A stretch of DNA of 64,000 nt, from NCBI GenBank assembly GCA_963668175.1, contig OY764159.1, positions 3,424,001 to 3,488,000 on the forward strand, written 5' to 3'. Within the stretch, counting starts at the first letter, position 1; each line of letters starts with the position of its first letter. This DNA is from Syntrophales bacterium. GTDB taxonomy: Bacteria; Desulfobacterota; Syntrophia; Syntrophales; PHBD01. Of the stretch, positions 47,932-56,477 are shown in pieces. Both the position numbers and the translations under genes were made by a program. The notes beneath the pieces were generated by a model, which was given only the letters and a program-made list of their open reading frames with translations, was not told the DNA's origin and searched no databases.

Positions 47932-48178
47932 ATTCAAGACGGAAGAGGAAGAACGCGAATTTTGGGCCAATGCCGATTCGTCCGAATATATTGACTGGTC
48001 GAAGGCAAAAGGGGTTCTGCTTCCCAATCTCAAGCCTTCGGTGAGAACGATTTCCCTGCGCCTGCCCAAAATCATGCTGGAAGAGCTGAAGCTGATCGCC
48101 AACAAGAGAGACGTTCCCTATCAATCGCTCATCAAGATTTTCTTATCCGAGCGCATTGCGAAAGAGATAAAGGCCTGA
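47915..48178 (+). CDS. brnA: BrnA/CopG-family antitoxin
   Basis: IPKFKTEEEEREFW...TISLRLP...DVPYQSLIK. Confidence 0.9.
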   Translation: MKRIPKFKTEEEEREFWANADSSEYIDWSKAKGVLLPNLKPSVRTISLRLPKIMLEELKLIANKRDVPYQSLIKIFLSERIAKEIKA

Positions 48179-48200
48179 TCCATTGCCCGGCCGGGCTGCC

Positions 48201-48229
48201 GGACGCGGGCTTGATCCCGCCGCCTCCAC
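48201..48229 (+). mobile_element. Degenerate tmRNA 3'-end duplication, att scar 2
   Basis: GGACGCGGGCTTGATCCCGCCGCCTCCAC, followed by a hairpin at ~48279-48312. Confidence 0.7.
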
Positions 48230-48446
48230 TATAATGCAAATAATATCTATTAGTTACAAGAAACTAAGTATTACCAACCCCTTGCCGGATTACTCTTTTA
48301 ACGGCAGGGGATTTTTTATTTTCCGGAATACTGGCAAAATCATTTGTCAAGCTTGTCTCATCTTATTGCATCAATGCTTTTTTCCTCGGGATATCCAAAG
48401 ATGCCCAATCGCCGGGGGCGCGCTCATATTTCCGGATCCGCTTTAA

Positions 48447-48478
48447 AATAAAGGCGGGGGTCGGCCCCGCCTTCTTTT
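48447..48478. terminator. Terminator downstream of abfD
   Basis: AAGGCGGGG/CCCCGCCTT stem with A/T flanks. Confidence 0.7.
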
Positions 48479-48561
48479 CCAAATCACGCCTTCTTTTCCA
48501 CATACCGTCTTGATTCCCGCGAATCCATTCCGCGGCGCTTTCTTATAATCGTTCGGGCGGC

Positions 48562-50013
48562 CTATTCCTTGATGCCCGCGATCTTCTTCGCCAGGGCCTT
48601 CTTGCGTTCCAGGTTGCCCTGGCGGGCGATCATGATCCGCTGCGCCTGCGGAGAACCCGCGCCGTGCATCGATTCCGTGCGATAGCCGACGGCTGCGGTC
48701 CCCAGGGTGATGTTCTCGATGAGGCGCAAGATCCGCATGCGGTGTTCCGCGGGAACCGAGGGAATGCCCTGCAGGTATCTCTTGACGTATTTTCCCGCCA
48801 CGGGGTGCTTCAGGTCTTTTTCGGAAGGCATGGTCACCATGAGGCCGCCGGCGATGTCCTCCGCGAGACGGGCGATCTCGTAAGGGTAGCGCGTCACGTT
48901 CTGCTTGCAGACGTTGGCGAGGAGGAGGTCGATGAGGTAGTTTCCCGAGGCCGTCTTGTACCCTTGCGCCGAACAGGCGATCCCGCAGGAATAAAGGGTT
49001 TCGTTCAGGTGCATCATCTCGATGAGCTTGTCCTTCACGTGGGACGCCTTGTTCGCGCCGTTGTAGTCGGCCGCCAGCGCCGCCGCGCCGATCAATACGT
49101 CGCCGACGCCCACCTTGCAGCCGCCGTAGCTCTGGCGGTGGTAGCCCGCGAACCGCTCCACCAGGGCGCCGCTGAATTCGTATTCGCCGCACATGAAGAC
49201 GTTCTCCCACGGCACGAAGAGATCGTCGAAGATCATCATGGCCTCGTGCCCGCCGAACTCCTTGTTGCCCATGTCGAACTCGCCGCCCTCCAGTTTGCGC
49301 GTATCGCAGGACTGGCGGCCGTAAATGTAGACGATGCCCTCGGCATCGGCCGGCGCGACGAACGAAAGGGCATAATCGGCGTCTTCCTTCGTCATGGTGA
49401 GGGTGGGCATGACGAGAATCCAGTGGGAGTTGACGGCGCCCGTCTGGTGGGCCTTGCATCCCCGCACGACGATGCCGTCCTTGCGCTTCTCCACGACGCG
49501 GCAGAACAGATCCGGGTCGGATTGCCTGGCGGGATTGAGCCCGCGGTCGCCCTTGACGTCCGTCATGGCGCCGTCCACGGTCCAGTCCTCCTCCTGCATC
49601 CTGAGGAGAAAGTTACGGAAGCGCGTATGGTATTCCGTGCCGAGTTTCCTGTCCATCTCGAAAGTCGTCGAGTCCACGGCGTTGATCGCGTCCATGCCCA
49701 CGCAGCGCTGGAAGCAGGCGGCAGTTTTCTGGCCCATGAGGCGCTGCATCTTGACCTTCCTGATCAGGTCGTCGGTGTTCTGGTGGAGATGGCAGAAGCG
49801 GTTGATTTTCTTCCCCGTGAGCGACGACGTCGCCGTCATCAGGTCCTCATGTTCCGGGTCCTGCGCCAGGGCGTAAGTCATCTTGACGGAATTCATGGAG
49901 GGCCGGATGATGGGATGATCCACGACGCTTGAGACCTCCTCCCCCATCAGGTATACTTTGAAATGCATCCGGCGCAGACTCTCTTCGTATTGCTCGGGTG
50001 TCTTGAGCGGCAT
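48562..50013 (-). CDS. abfD: 4-hydroxybutyryl-CoA dehydratase / vinylacetyl-CoA isomerase
   Basis: ACFQRCVGMD, MTDVKGDR, KAHQTG, YHRQSYGGCK, TESMHGAGSPQAQR. Confidence 0.9.
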   Translation of the reverse strand: MPLKTPEQYEESLRRMHFKVYLMGEEVSSVVDHPIIRPSMNSVKMTYALAQDPEHEDLMTATSSLTGKKINRFCHLHQNTDDLIRKVKMQRLMGQKTAACFQRCVGMDAINAVDSTTFEMDRKLGTEYHTRFRNFLLRMQEEDWTVDGAMTDVKGDRGLNPARQSDPDLFCRVVEKRKDGIVVRGCKAHQTGAVNSHWILVMPTLTMTKEDADYALSFVAPADAEGIVYIYGRQSCDTRKLEGGEFDMGNKEFGGHEAMMIFDDLFVPWENVFMCGEYEFSGALVERFAGYHRQSYGGCKVGVGDVLIGAAALAADYNGANKASHVKDKLIEMMHLNETLYSCGIACSAQGYKTASGNYLIDLLLANVCKQNVTRYPYEIARLAEDIAGGLMVTMPSEKDLKHPVAGKYVKRYLQGIPSVPAEHRMRILRLIENITLGTAAVGYRTESMHGAGSPQAQRIMIARQGNLERKKALAKKIAGIKE

Positions 50014-50078
50014 ACATAACCTCCTCTGACTTGCTTGCTCTTTGGTTTATAGGGAGTTCTAAAGCTTACGTCAACGAA

Positions 50079-50957
50079 TCAAGAACTCTCCGCCTGCCTC
50101 TTGAGACGCTTCCAGTGCCGGTCCGTATATTCCTGTATCCACGCAATGTCTTCCTTCTTAAGGAAATCGAAACGGCCCTGGAGTTTCAGGTAATCTTCCA
50201 CGGGCACCCGGACCGGCTCCTCGTTCAGGATATAGCGTTCCCCGTCCTCCACTTCATAGAGGGGAAACAGACGGGCCTGAACGGCCAGCCGGGCGATGCG
50301 GATGGTAAGCTCGGAAGAAAAACGCCACCCGACCGGGCACGGAGAGACAATATGGACAAACTTGAATCCTCTCGTCTCCCTGGCCTTCCTGACCTTGCGG
50401 ACCAGGTCGTCCATATAGGCGATGGAGGCCGTGGCAATGTAAGGTACGCGGTGCGCGGCCATGATTTGCATCATGTCCTTCTTGGGCTGATTCTTCAAAC
50501 TGAGCGGAGGCGTTGTCGTCGTCCAGGCGCCCCACGGGGTCGCCGAAGAACGCTGAATACCCGTGTTCATATAGGCTTCGTTGTCGTAGCAGATATAAAT
50601 AATGTCCTCGTTCCTCTCGGCCGCTCCGGAAAGCGCTTGGATGCCTATGTCGAAGCCTCCCCCGTCCCCCGAAATGGCCAGGACCGTCGTTTCCGTATCC
50701 CCCTTCATATCCAGCGTCGCCCTTACGCCTGAGGCGGCCGCCCCGGTGGAGGCAAAGGCCGTATTGTAGGTCGGCAGCTTAAGGGGAGAGGCCGGCAGGA
50801 CCCCCGAGATGGTCCCGAAGCAACCGGCTGTCGTCACCACAATCGTTCGTTCTCCCAGGGCCTGAAAGACATTGCGCAGGACAACGGGCATGCCGCAGCC
50901 CGGGCAGCACCCGTGGCCGGAGTAAAGGTATTCCTTGCTGAATTCTTTGGCTTTCAT
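50079..50957 (-). CDS. 2-oxoacid:acceptor oxidoreductase beta subunit (TPP-binding)
   Basis: GHGCCPGCG, GDGG, YDNEAYMNTGIQRS, SPCP. Confidence 0.92.
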   Translation of the reverse strand: MKAKEFSKEYLYSGHGCCPGCGMPVVLRNVFQALGERTIVVTTAGCFGTISGVLPASPLKLPTYNTAFASTGAAASGVRATLDMKGDTETTVLAISGDGGGFDIGIQALSGAAERNEDIIYICYDNEAYMNTGIQRSSATPWGAWTTTTPPLSLKNQPKKDMMQIMAAHRVPYIATASIAYMDDLVRKVRKARETRGFKFVHIVSPCPVGWRFSSELTIRIARLAVQARLFPLYEVEDGERYILNEEPVRVPVEDYLKLQGRFDFLKKEDIAWIQEYTDRHWKRLKRQAESS

Positions 50958-52108
50958 TCCTGCACCCCCATCCAGACGGGTCCGCCCTCGGGGCTCCTGC
51001 GATTCATCGTATGCCCGATCATGTCCCCGATCAATGCCGGGCTGACGTCCCGCCCGCCTATTCCGGCGATAAACTCGAACAGTTTCGGTTTCCTGCTCCT
51101 GTTGTAAAAGGCGGCCTTGAGCTCCTGCGCAACGATCCCTCCCGATCCCGACGAATTGTCCCTGTCGAGAACGGCAATCTTCTTCGCCCCGGACAGCGCC
51201 TCGACCAGCTCCGCCGACGGGAAGGGCCTGAACATGCGCAGACGGCAAAGGCCCACCTTATGCCCCTGCCTCCCGTAATCCTCGATGACTTCCCGGGCGG
51301 TCCCGGCGGCCGTTCCCATCATGACGAGGATGACGTCCGCGTCGCTGCAACCAACCTGTTCTATGATCCCGTATCCCCGTCCGAATTGAGCCTTGAATTC
51401 CCTGTCCGCCTGCACGGCCACATGCTTCGCTTCGTCCATGGCTTTCTGGGCGTTGTACCTCAGATAGACGAACGTGGACGGATCGGAAATCATGTTGAAG
51501 CAGTGCGGATCGTTCGTATCGAGCGTGTACCTGGCGCTGCCCGTGGGCAGGAAACGATCCACGGCCGTCTGATCCGGTACGTCGACGGGCTCGGACGTGT
51601 GCGTAAGGACGAACCCGTCCAGCAAGACCATAACGGGCAGGAGGACGGCCTCGGCGATCCGGTAAGCCTGGATGACCGTGTCCAGGGCCTCCTGGGCGCT
51701 CTCGCAGTATATCTGCATCCATCCCGTGTCCCTCTGGGAAAGGCTGTCGCCGTGGTCGCACCAGATGTTCCAGGGGGAGCCCAGCGCGCGGTTGGCATTG
51801 ACCATGACGACCGGCAGACGGGTCCCCGCAGCCCAATGCAGCATTTCGTGCATGTAGGCCAGCCCGTGGGAGGACGAGGCCGTAAAGACCCGCGCCCCGG
51901 CAACCGAAGCGGCGGCCACACAGGCCATGGCGGAATGTTCCGATTCGACGCGGACGAATTTCGCCCGGCACCGCCCGTCGGCGCACATTTCGGATAATTC
52001 TTCAATGATGGTCGTCTGCGGCGTAATCGGATAGGCCGCTATGACTTCGGGCCGTGCAAGCGCGACCCCATGGGAAACGGCGGCATTGCCGGTCATCATC
52101 TTCTTCAT
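50954..52108 (-). CDS. 2-oxoacid:acceptor oxidoreductase alpha subunit
   Basis: AAYPITPQT, ESEHSA, NRALG, FRPFP. Confidence 0.93.
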   Translation of the reverse strand: MKKMMTGNAAVSHGVALARPEVIAAYPITPQTTIIEELSEMCADGRCRAKFVRVESEHSAMACVAAASVAGARVFTASSSHGLAYMHEMLHWAAGTRLPVVMVNANRALGSPWNIWCDHGDSLSQRDTGWMQIYCESAQEALDTVIQAYRIAEAVLLPVMVLLDGFVLTHTSEPVDVPDQTAVDRFLPTGSARYTLDTNDPHCFNMISDPSTFVYLRYNAQKAMDEAKHVAVQADREFKAQFGRGYGIIEQVGCSDADVILVMMGTAAGTAREVIEDYGRQGHKVGLCRLRMFRPFPSAELVEALSGAKKIAVLDRDNSSGSGGIVAQELKAAFYNRSRKPKLFEFIAGIGGRDVSPALIGDMIGHTMNRRSPEGGPVWMGVQE

Positions 52109-53865
52109 TTTCCAACCTCCACAGAGATTGCGCCGCGAGGACACTCCTCCACGCACAGGCAACATCCCTTGCAGTAATCGTAGTTTATTTCATACCCCTG
52201 TTTATCCGGCCTTGCCGAGACGGCCAGGTCCGGACAGTAGATCAGGCAATTGTGGCAGAGGTTGCATACCCCGCAGTTGAAGCATCGCTTCGCCTCGCGG
52301 AGAGCATCTTCCCGGGAGAGGCCGAGATTGACTTCGGCAAAATCTTCGCAGCGGCCGGACAGCGGCAGCTTCCCTTTCGGCGTCCGTTTCTCGCGTTTGA
52401 AATAGGCCAGGTTCAGGTCGGACGGCGCAATCACGTCCTGCGCCTGCCCATCCCGACTTCTATAGCGCGACATGGACAGCGCGCCTTTATTCCCGACGCG
52501 CGCGGCATCCAGCGCATCGGCGGCGTCGTTTCCCGTCAGGTAGGCGTCGATCGCCATCGCCGCCCTCTTGCCGGAACCGATGGCGAAAGCGACCGTGCGC
52601 GGCTGGGCCGTCATGTCCCCGCCTCCAAAAACGCCTTTCAGGGCCGTGCTCCCCGTGCCGTCCACGGACAGGAACCGGGAATCCCTTTGCAGGCCGGCTG
52701 GCAGGAAGGACATGTCCGGAACCTCTCCGATCGCCGAAATGACCGTATCGATTTTGAGAGAAAAGTTCGATCCGTTCAAGGGCAGCGGCACCCTGCGGCC
52801 GTCCTTGCCGGGATCGCCCAGGATGTTCCCGATGCATTCGATGGCCGACACCTTCCCGCGTTCCGTCACAATCCTCACCGGGGAAGTCAAAAACAGCGTC
52901 GTGACGTTCTCATCCCCGGCGTCGGCCACTTCTTCCGCCCAGGCAGGCATCTCTTCTTTCGTGCGCCGATAGACGACCCATACCTTCGCCCCAAGGCGCA
53001 CGGCCGTACGGGCCGCATCCATGGCCGTATTCCCGCCGCCGATGACGGCCACGCGTTCGCCGATATCCGCCTTTTCTCCGGAATGAACCTTCTTCAGAAA
53101 TGCCAGGCCCGACATGACCCCCGCCGCCTCCTCGCCGGGGATATTCAAAGGCAGACTTTCCCAAGCGCCCGTGGCGGCGAAGACGGCGGCGTATTTTTTC
53201 AAGTCTTCCCATGCCAGATCGCGTCCCACCCGAACCTCCGTCATGACTTCCACGCCCAGCGAGACGATGCGTTCGATCTCCCGGTCCAGAACATCCCTGG
53301 GAAGGCGATAACCCGGGATACCGTACCGCAAAACGCCGCCGAGCTTCTTTTCCGCTTCGAACAGGGTGATCCCATACCCCATGCGGGCCAGATGATAGGC
53401 GCAGGAGAGTCCCGCAGGACCGGAGCCGATAACGGCGACCCTTTCATGCCTCTTTTGCACAGGCGCGTCGGGTTTTCTTCCCGACACGCACGCCGCATCG
53501 CCGATAAAGCGCTCCAGGGCATTGATCGATACCGGTTCATCCAATGCGTTCCGGCTGCACGCGGCCTCGCACGGATGAAAACAGACCCGGCCGCAGACGC
53601 CCGGCAGCGGATTTTCCTCCATAATCTTATCCCAGGCCCCCGGATAGTCTTCCTCTCCGGCAAGGACCATCACGGATTCCACGTCTTCACCGGCCGGACA
53701 TGCCTCGCTGCACGGCGCGATCTTGTTCTGATACTTCGGGGTCAGGAAGCGCCAGGTTCCGGTTTTGGACGCCAGCGTCCCCTCCGTCGAGACACACACA
53801 TAGGGCAGAGGCGGCTTCGGCGAAGCGACGGACGGTTTTGCCTTACGAACTTTCTTCTTTTCCAT
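52105..53865 (-). CDS. Delta subunit-like ferredoxin fused with a GltD/NfnB-like FAD/NAD(P) oxidoreductase
   Basis: KTGTWR; PCSEACPAG; CGRVCFHPCEAAC; IGSGPAG; IGGGNTAMDAAR; YRRT; C-terminal 2x CxxCxxCxxxCP. Confidence 0.9.
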   Translation of the reverse strand: MEKKKVRKAKPSVASPKPPLPYVCVSTEGTLASKTGTWRFLTPKYQNKIAPCSEACPAGEDVESVMVLAGEEDYPGAWDKIMEENPLPGVCGRVCFHPCEAACSRNALDEPVSINALERFIGDAACVSGRKPDAPVQKRHERVAVIGSGPAGLSCAYHLARMGYGITLFEAEKKLGGVLRYGIPGYRLPRDVLDREIERIVSLGVEVMTEVRVGRDLAWEDLKKYAAVFAATGAWESLPLNIPGEEAAGVMSGLAFLKKVHSGEKADIGERVAVIGGGNTAMDAARTAVRLGAKVWVVYRRTKEEMPAWAEEVADAGDENVTTLFLTSPVRIVTERGKVSAIECIGNILGDPGKDGRRVPLPLNGSNFSLKIDTVISAIGEVPDMSFLPAGLQRDSRFLSVDGTGSTALKGVFGGGDMTAQPRTVAFAIGSGKRAAMAIDAYLTGNDAADALDAARVGNKGALSMSRYRSRDGQAQDVIAPSDLNLAYFKREKRTPKGKLPLSGRCEDFAEVNLGLSREDALREAKRCFNCGVCNLCHNCLIYCPDLAVSARPDKQGYEINYDYCKGCCLCVEECPRGAISVEVGK

Positions 53866-53922
53866 TCTTGACTCCCGCTTTATGAGACATGATGACAAAT
53901 GCACCTGTCTGTTGAACAGCCC

Positions 53923-54477
53923 TCAGGCCGATGCCCGCTCGTATGCCGACCTTGCCGCGGTGACATTCTCTTCGGTTTTCGACGGAACCGATTCCCTGAT
54001 TCCCTCGACCACGGCCTCGATACCCACGAGACGGGTGATCCTGGAGAATGCGCCGAGAATGACGGTATTGACCACGGGCGCGGTTACGGGCCCCAGAGCG
54101 TGTTGCTGAGCGATATGGCCGGCATCCACGGTGGCCACCCTGAAAGCCCCGAGACTTGCAAAGCAGGACGACGATTTCGGCGTATTGATGATGATCCAGC
54201 CTTGCGCTTTCAGCCCCGCCGTCACATCCACGACATCGAGAACGGATTCGTCCAGGACGACGACAAGGTCCGGTTCATAGACCTGCGACCGGCGCGTGAT
54301 CGTTTTTTCGTCAAACCGGACAAAAGCGGCGACCGGCGCCCCGCGCCGTTCGGCCCCGAATGCCGGAAAAGACTGGGCGGATTTGCCTTCCTTAAAGAGG
54401 GCGGAGGCGAGAATTTTTGAAGCGATCACGGCTCCCTGCCCTCCCCTCCCGTGAAATCGGATTTCGACCATGGTCAT
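53923..54477 (-). CDS. 2-oxoacid:acceptor oxidoreductase gamma subunit
   Basis: EIRFHGRGGQG, FGAERRGAPV, NTVILGA. Confidence 0.93.
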   Translation of the reverse strand: MTMVEIRFHGRGGQGAVIASKILASALFKEGKSAQSFPAFGAERRGAPVAAFVRFDEKTITRRSQVYEPDLVVVLDESVLDVVDVTAGLKAQGWIIINTPKSSSCFASLGAFRVATVDAGHIAQQHALGPVTAPVVNTVILGAFSRITRLVGIEAVVEGIRESVPSKTEENVTAARSAYERASA

Positions 54478-54662
54478 TCCCCTTCTTATCGTCCGACGAT
54501 AGATCCCTATGTCGATTTCAGCAGGGATGCATGCCTGCGCATTTCCGTCACCGACAGGCCGCCCTCTGCGAAGCCGCCTGATTCGACCGCAGACATCTCC
54601 CCTTTCGCCAGGGCAGACGATCCCCGCGATTTGTATCTTCGAACCGGACGATGACATTCAAC

Positions 54663-54704
54663 AACCGGCCCCTCGACACTCCGGATATTTTTGAGGGGCC
54701 GGTT
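54663..54704. terminator. Hairpin after the transporter operon
   Basis: AACCGGCCCCTC/GAGGGGCCGGTT. Confidence 0.6.
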
Positions 54705-54724
54705 TGTTTACAAACAGGTCCCCG

Positions 54725-55606
54725 TCAATAAGGCGGTTCCCCCTGGATGGAGCCGACCAAATCCATGGCCTTCTTGACCTGATCCCGGGTTCCCCTGATA
54801 ACGATCCAGGATGCGCCCTCCGCGCCGCTGATACCGCCCGCACTGGACTGGAAGGCCGTTGCTCCCGTGAGGATGTTGACAGCCTCGAGTTCCGTCACGA
54901 TCTCGCCCGTGACGAGCCACATGGAGGGAATCGTGTAGCCGGGGAAGAACGCCTTCGATTTGCCGGCAGGGGCGGGAAGCGTCTCCATGGGCTCGCGCAT
55001 CTTCAGGGTCGTCTCCACCAAGTCCCCTGCAACCAGCTTCTCCAGGCCGACCGGAATGACGAGGTGAACCTTCCGTGCGATGACGTAGGGTATGGTGATC
55101 CCCGTCGTCCCGCCTGCCGGGTCGAGGATATTGATCGCCGCCGTCTTGTTTTTGTAATCCAGGGCATTCGCCCCCTTGATGACGACGTCTCCCGCTTTCA
55201 GTTTCTTCGCCGCGTCGGGCAGCGGGATATCGACGACTTTGCCTTTTTCCAGAATCAGGTGGTTGATCGGTTTAACCGCGGGCAGGTTCTTGGCCCCTCT
55301 CTCGGGTTCGATTCTTCCCGTCACGAATGCCGCGTGGTCGGCTTTCTTCCCGGTGAGCTCCTCCGCCACGTAGGCGTCGGTCGTCCCCTTGATGACGATG
55401 ACCATGCCGTTTGCCAGGGCATTCTTGACGATCGGCATCTGCGCCACCGCCTTGCCGATCAGCCTCTTGGATTCGGACACCGTCAGGATCGCTCCGCTTT
55501 GGACTACTTTAGCCGGCTCCGCCGCGGATAATATCCCCGCGAAAAGCCACGAACCGGCGATGACCGTCGCCGTAAAAACGACTGCCGCCCTCAAACCTCT
55601 TTTCAT
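54725..55606 (-). CDS. Exported hypothetical protein (CoA-transferase/NagB-like fold suspected)
   Basis: Signal peptide; LTVSESKRLIGKAV, KGANALD, PVGLEK, GGISGAEG. Confidence 0.7.
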   Translation of the reverse strand: MKRGLRAAVVFTATVIAGSWLFAGILSAAEPAKVVQSGAILTVSESKRLIGKAVAQMPIVKNALANGMVIVIKGTTDAYVAEELTGKKADHAAFVTGRIEPERGAKNLPAVKPINHLILEKGKVVDIPLPDAAKKLKAGDVVIKGANALDYKNKTAAINILDPAGGTTGITIPYVIARKVHLVIPVGLEKLVAGDLVETTLKMREPMETLPAPAGKSKAFFPGYTIPSMWLVTGEIVTELEAVNILTGATAFQSSAGGISGAEGASWIVIRGTRDQVKKAMDLVGSIQGEPPY

Positions 55607-55712
55607 GATGTATTCCTCCTTTCACCGTGTTGATTCACTTTGTATCGTTATTCCGCACCAGTGTCGCCAAAGCCGCAGGAACCGCCTCGTCCGACCTGGA
55701 TGTACCGCACAT

Positions 55713-56477
55713 TCAGAGGCGTTCGCGCTCGGTACGGCGGCGCTGACGAGCCTCCTTGATATGGGCGTGGCCGCCCAGATAGTGTTCTTTGATCTCTTCG
55801 CTCTCCAGGAGATCGGCCGCCGTATCGGTCAGCATCATCCTGCCCGTTTCCAGAACAAAGCCGCGGTTGGCGATCAGGAGCGCCATCCGGGCGTTCTGTT
55901 CCACCAGCAGGATCGTCGTACCCGACTTGTTGATTTCCTGGATGACCTTGAACACCTCCTGCACCAGAACCGGCGCAAGACCGAGCGACGGTTCGTCCAA
56001 AAGCAGGATCTTCGCTCTGGACATCAGTCCCCGCCCGATGGCCAGCATCTGCTGCTGGCCGCCGGACAACTGCCAGCCGGGCCGATCCTTGAACTCCCCC
56101 AACTGGGGGAAAATACCGAAGACATGGTCGAGATCGTTGCGCATGTCCTTCTGCGATACGCGCCCCCGGGCCGTCGAACCCAGCATGAGGTTGTCCAGGA
56201 CGGTGAGTCCGGGGAAGATGTGCCGCCCCTCCGGAACGCAGGCGATCCCTGTCTTCGCGATCTCTTCCGCCTCCATTCCCGTGATATCCCGGCCCAGGAA
56301 TGCGATCTTGCCCTTCGACGGTTTCAGGATGCCCATGATCGTCATAATGGTCGTGCTTTTGCCGGCGCCGTTCGCTCCCAGCAGGGCCACGATCTCCCCT
56401 TGCTGAACGTCCAGCGAGATGCCCTTCAACGCCTGAATGGCCCCGTACCAGGTTTCGATTCCCTGAATCTTAAGCAT
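55713..56477 (-). CDS. livF: Branched-chain amino acid-type ABC ATPase
   Basis: GANGAGKST, LSGGQQQMLAIGR, LLDEPSLGLAP, VEQN. Confidence 0.92.
   Translation of the reverse strand: MLKIQGIETWYGAIQALKGISLDVQQGEIVALLGANGAGKSTTIMTIMGILKPSKGKIAFLGRDITGMEAEEIAKTGIACVPEGRHIFPGLTVLDNLMLGSTARGRVSQKDMRNDLDHVFGIFPQLGEFKDRPGWQLSGGQQQMLAIGRGLMSRAKILLLDEPSLGLAPVLVQEVFKVIQEINKSGTTILLVEQNARMALLIANRGFVLETGRMMLTDTAADLLESEEIKEHYLGGHAHIKEARQRRRTERERL

Noticed and set aside
47473..48229. Intact tRNA or tmRNA genes
   Set aside because: Only 3' T-arm/acceptor fragments are present.
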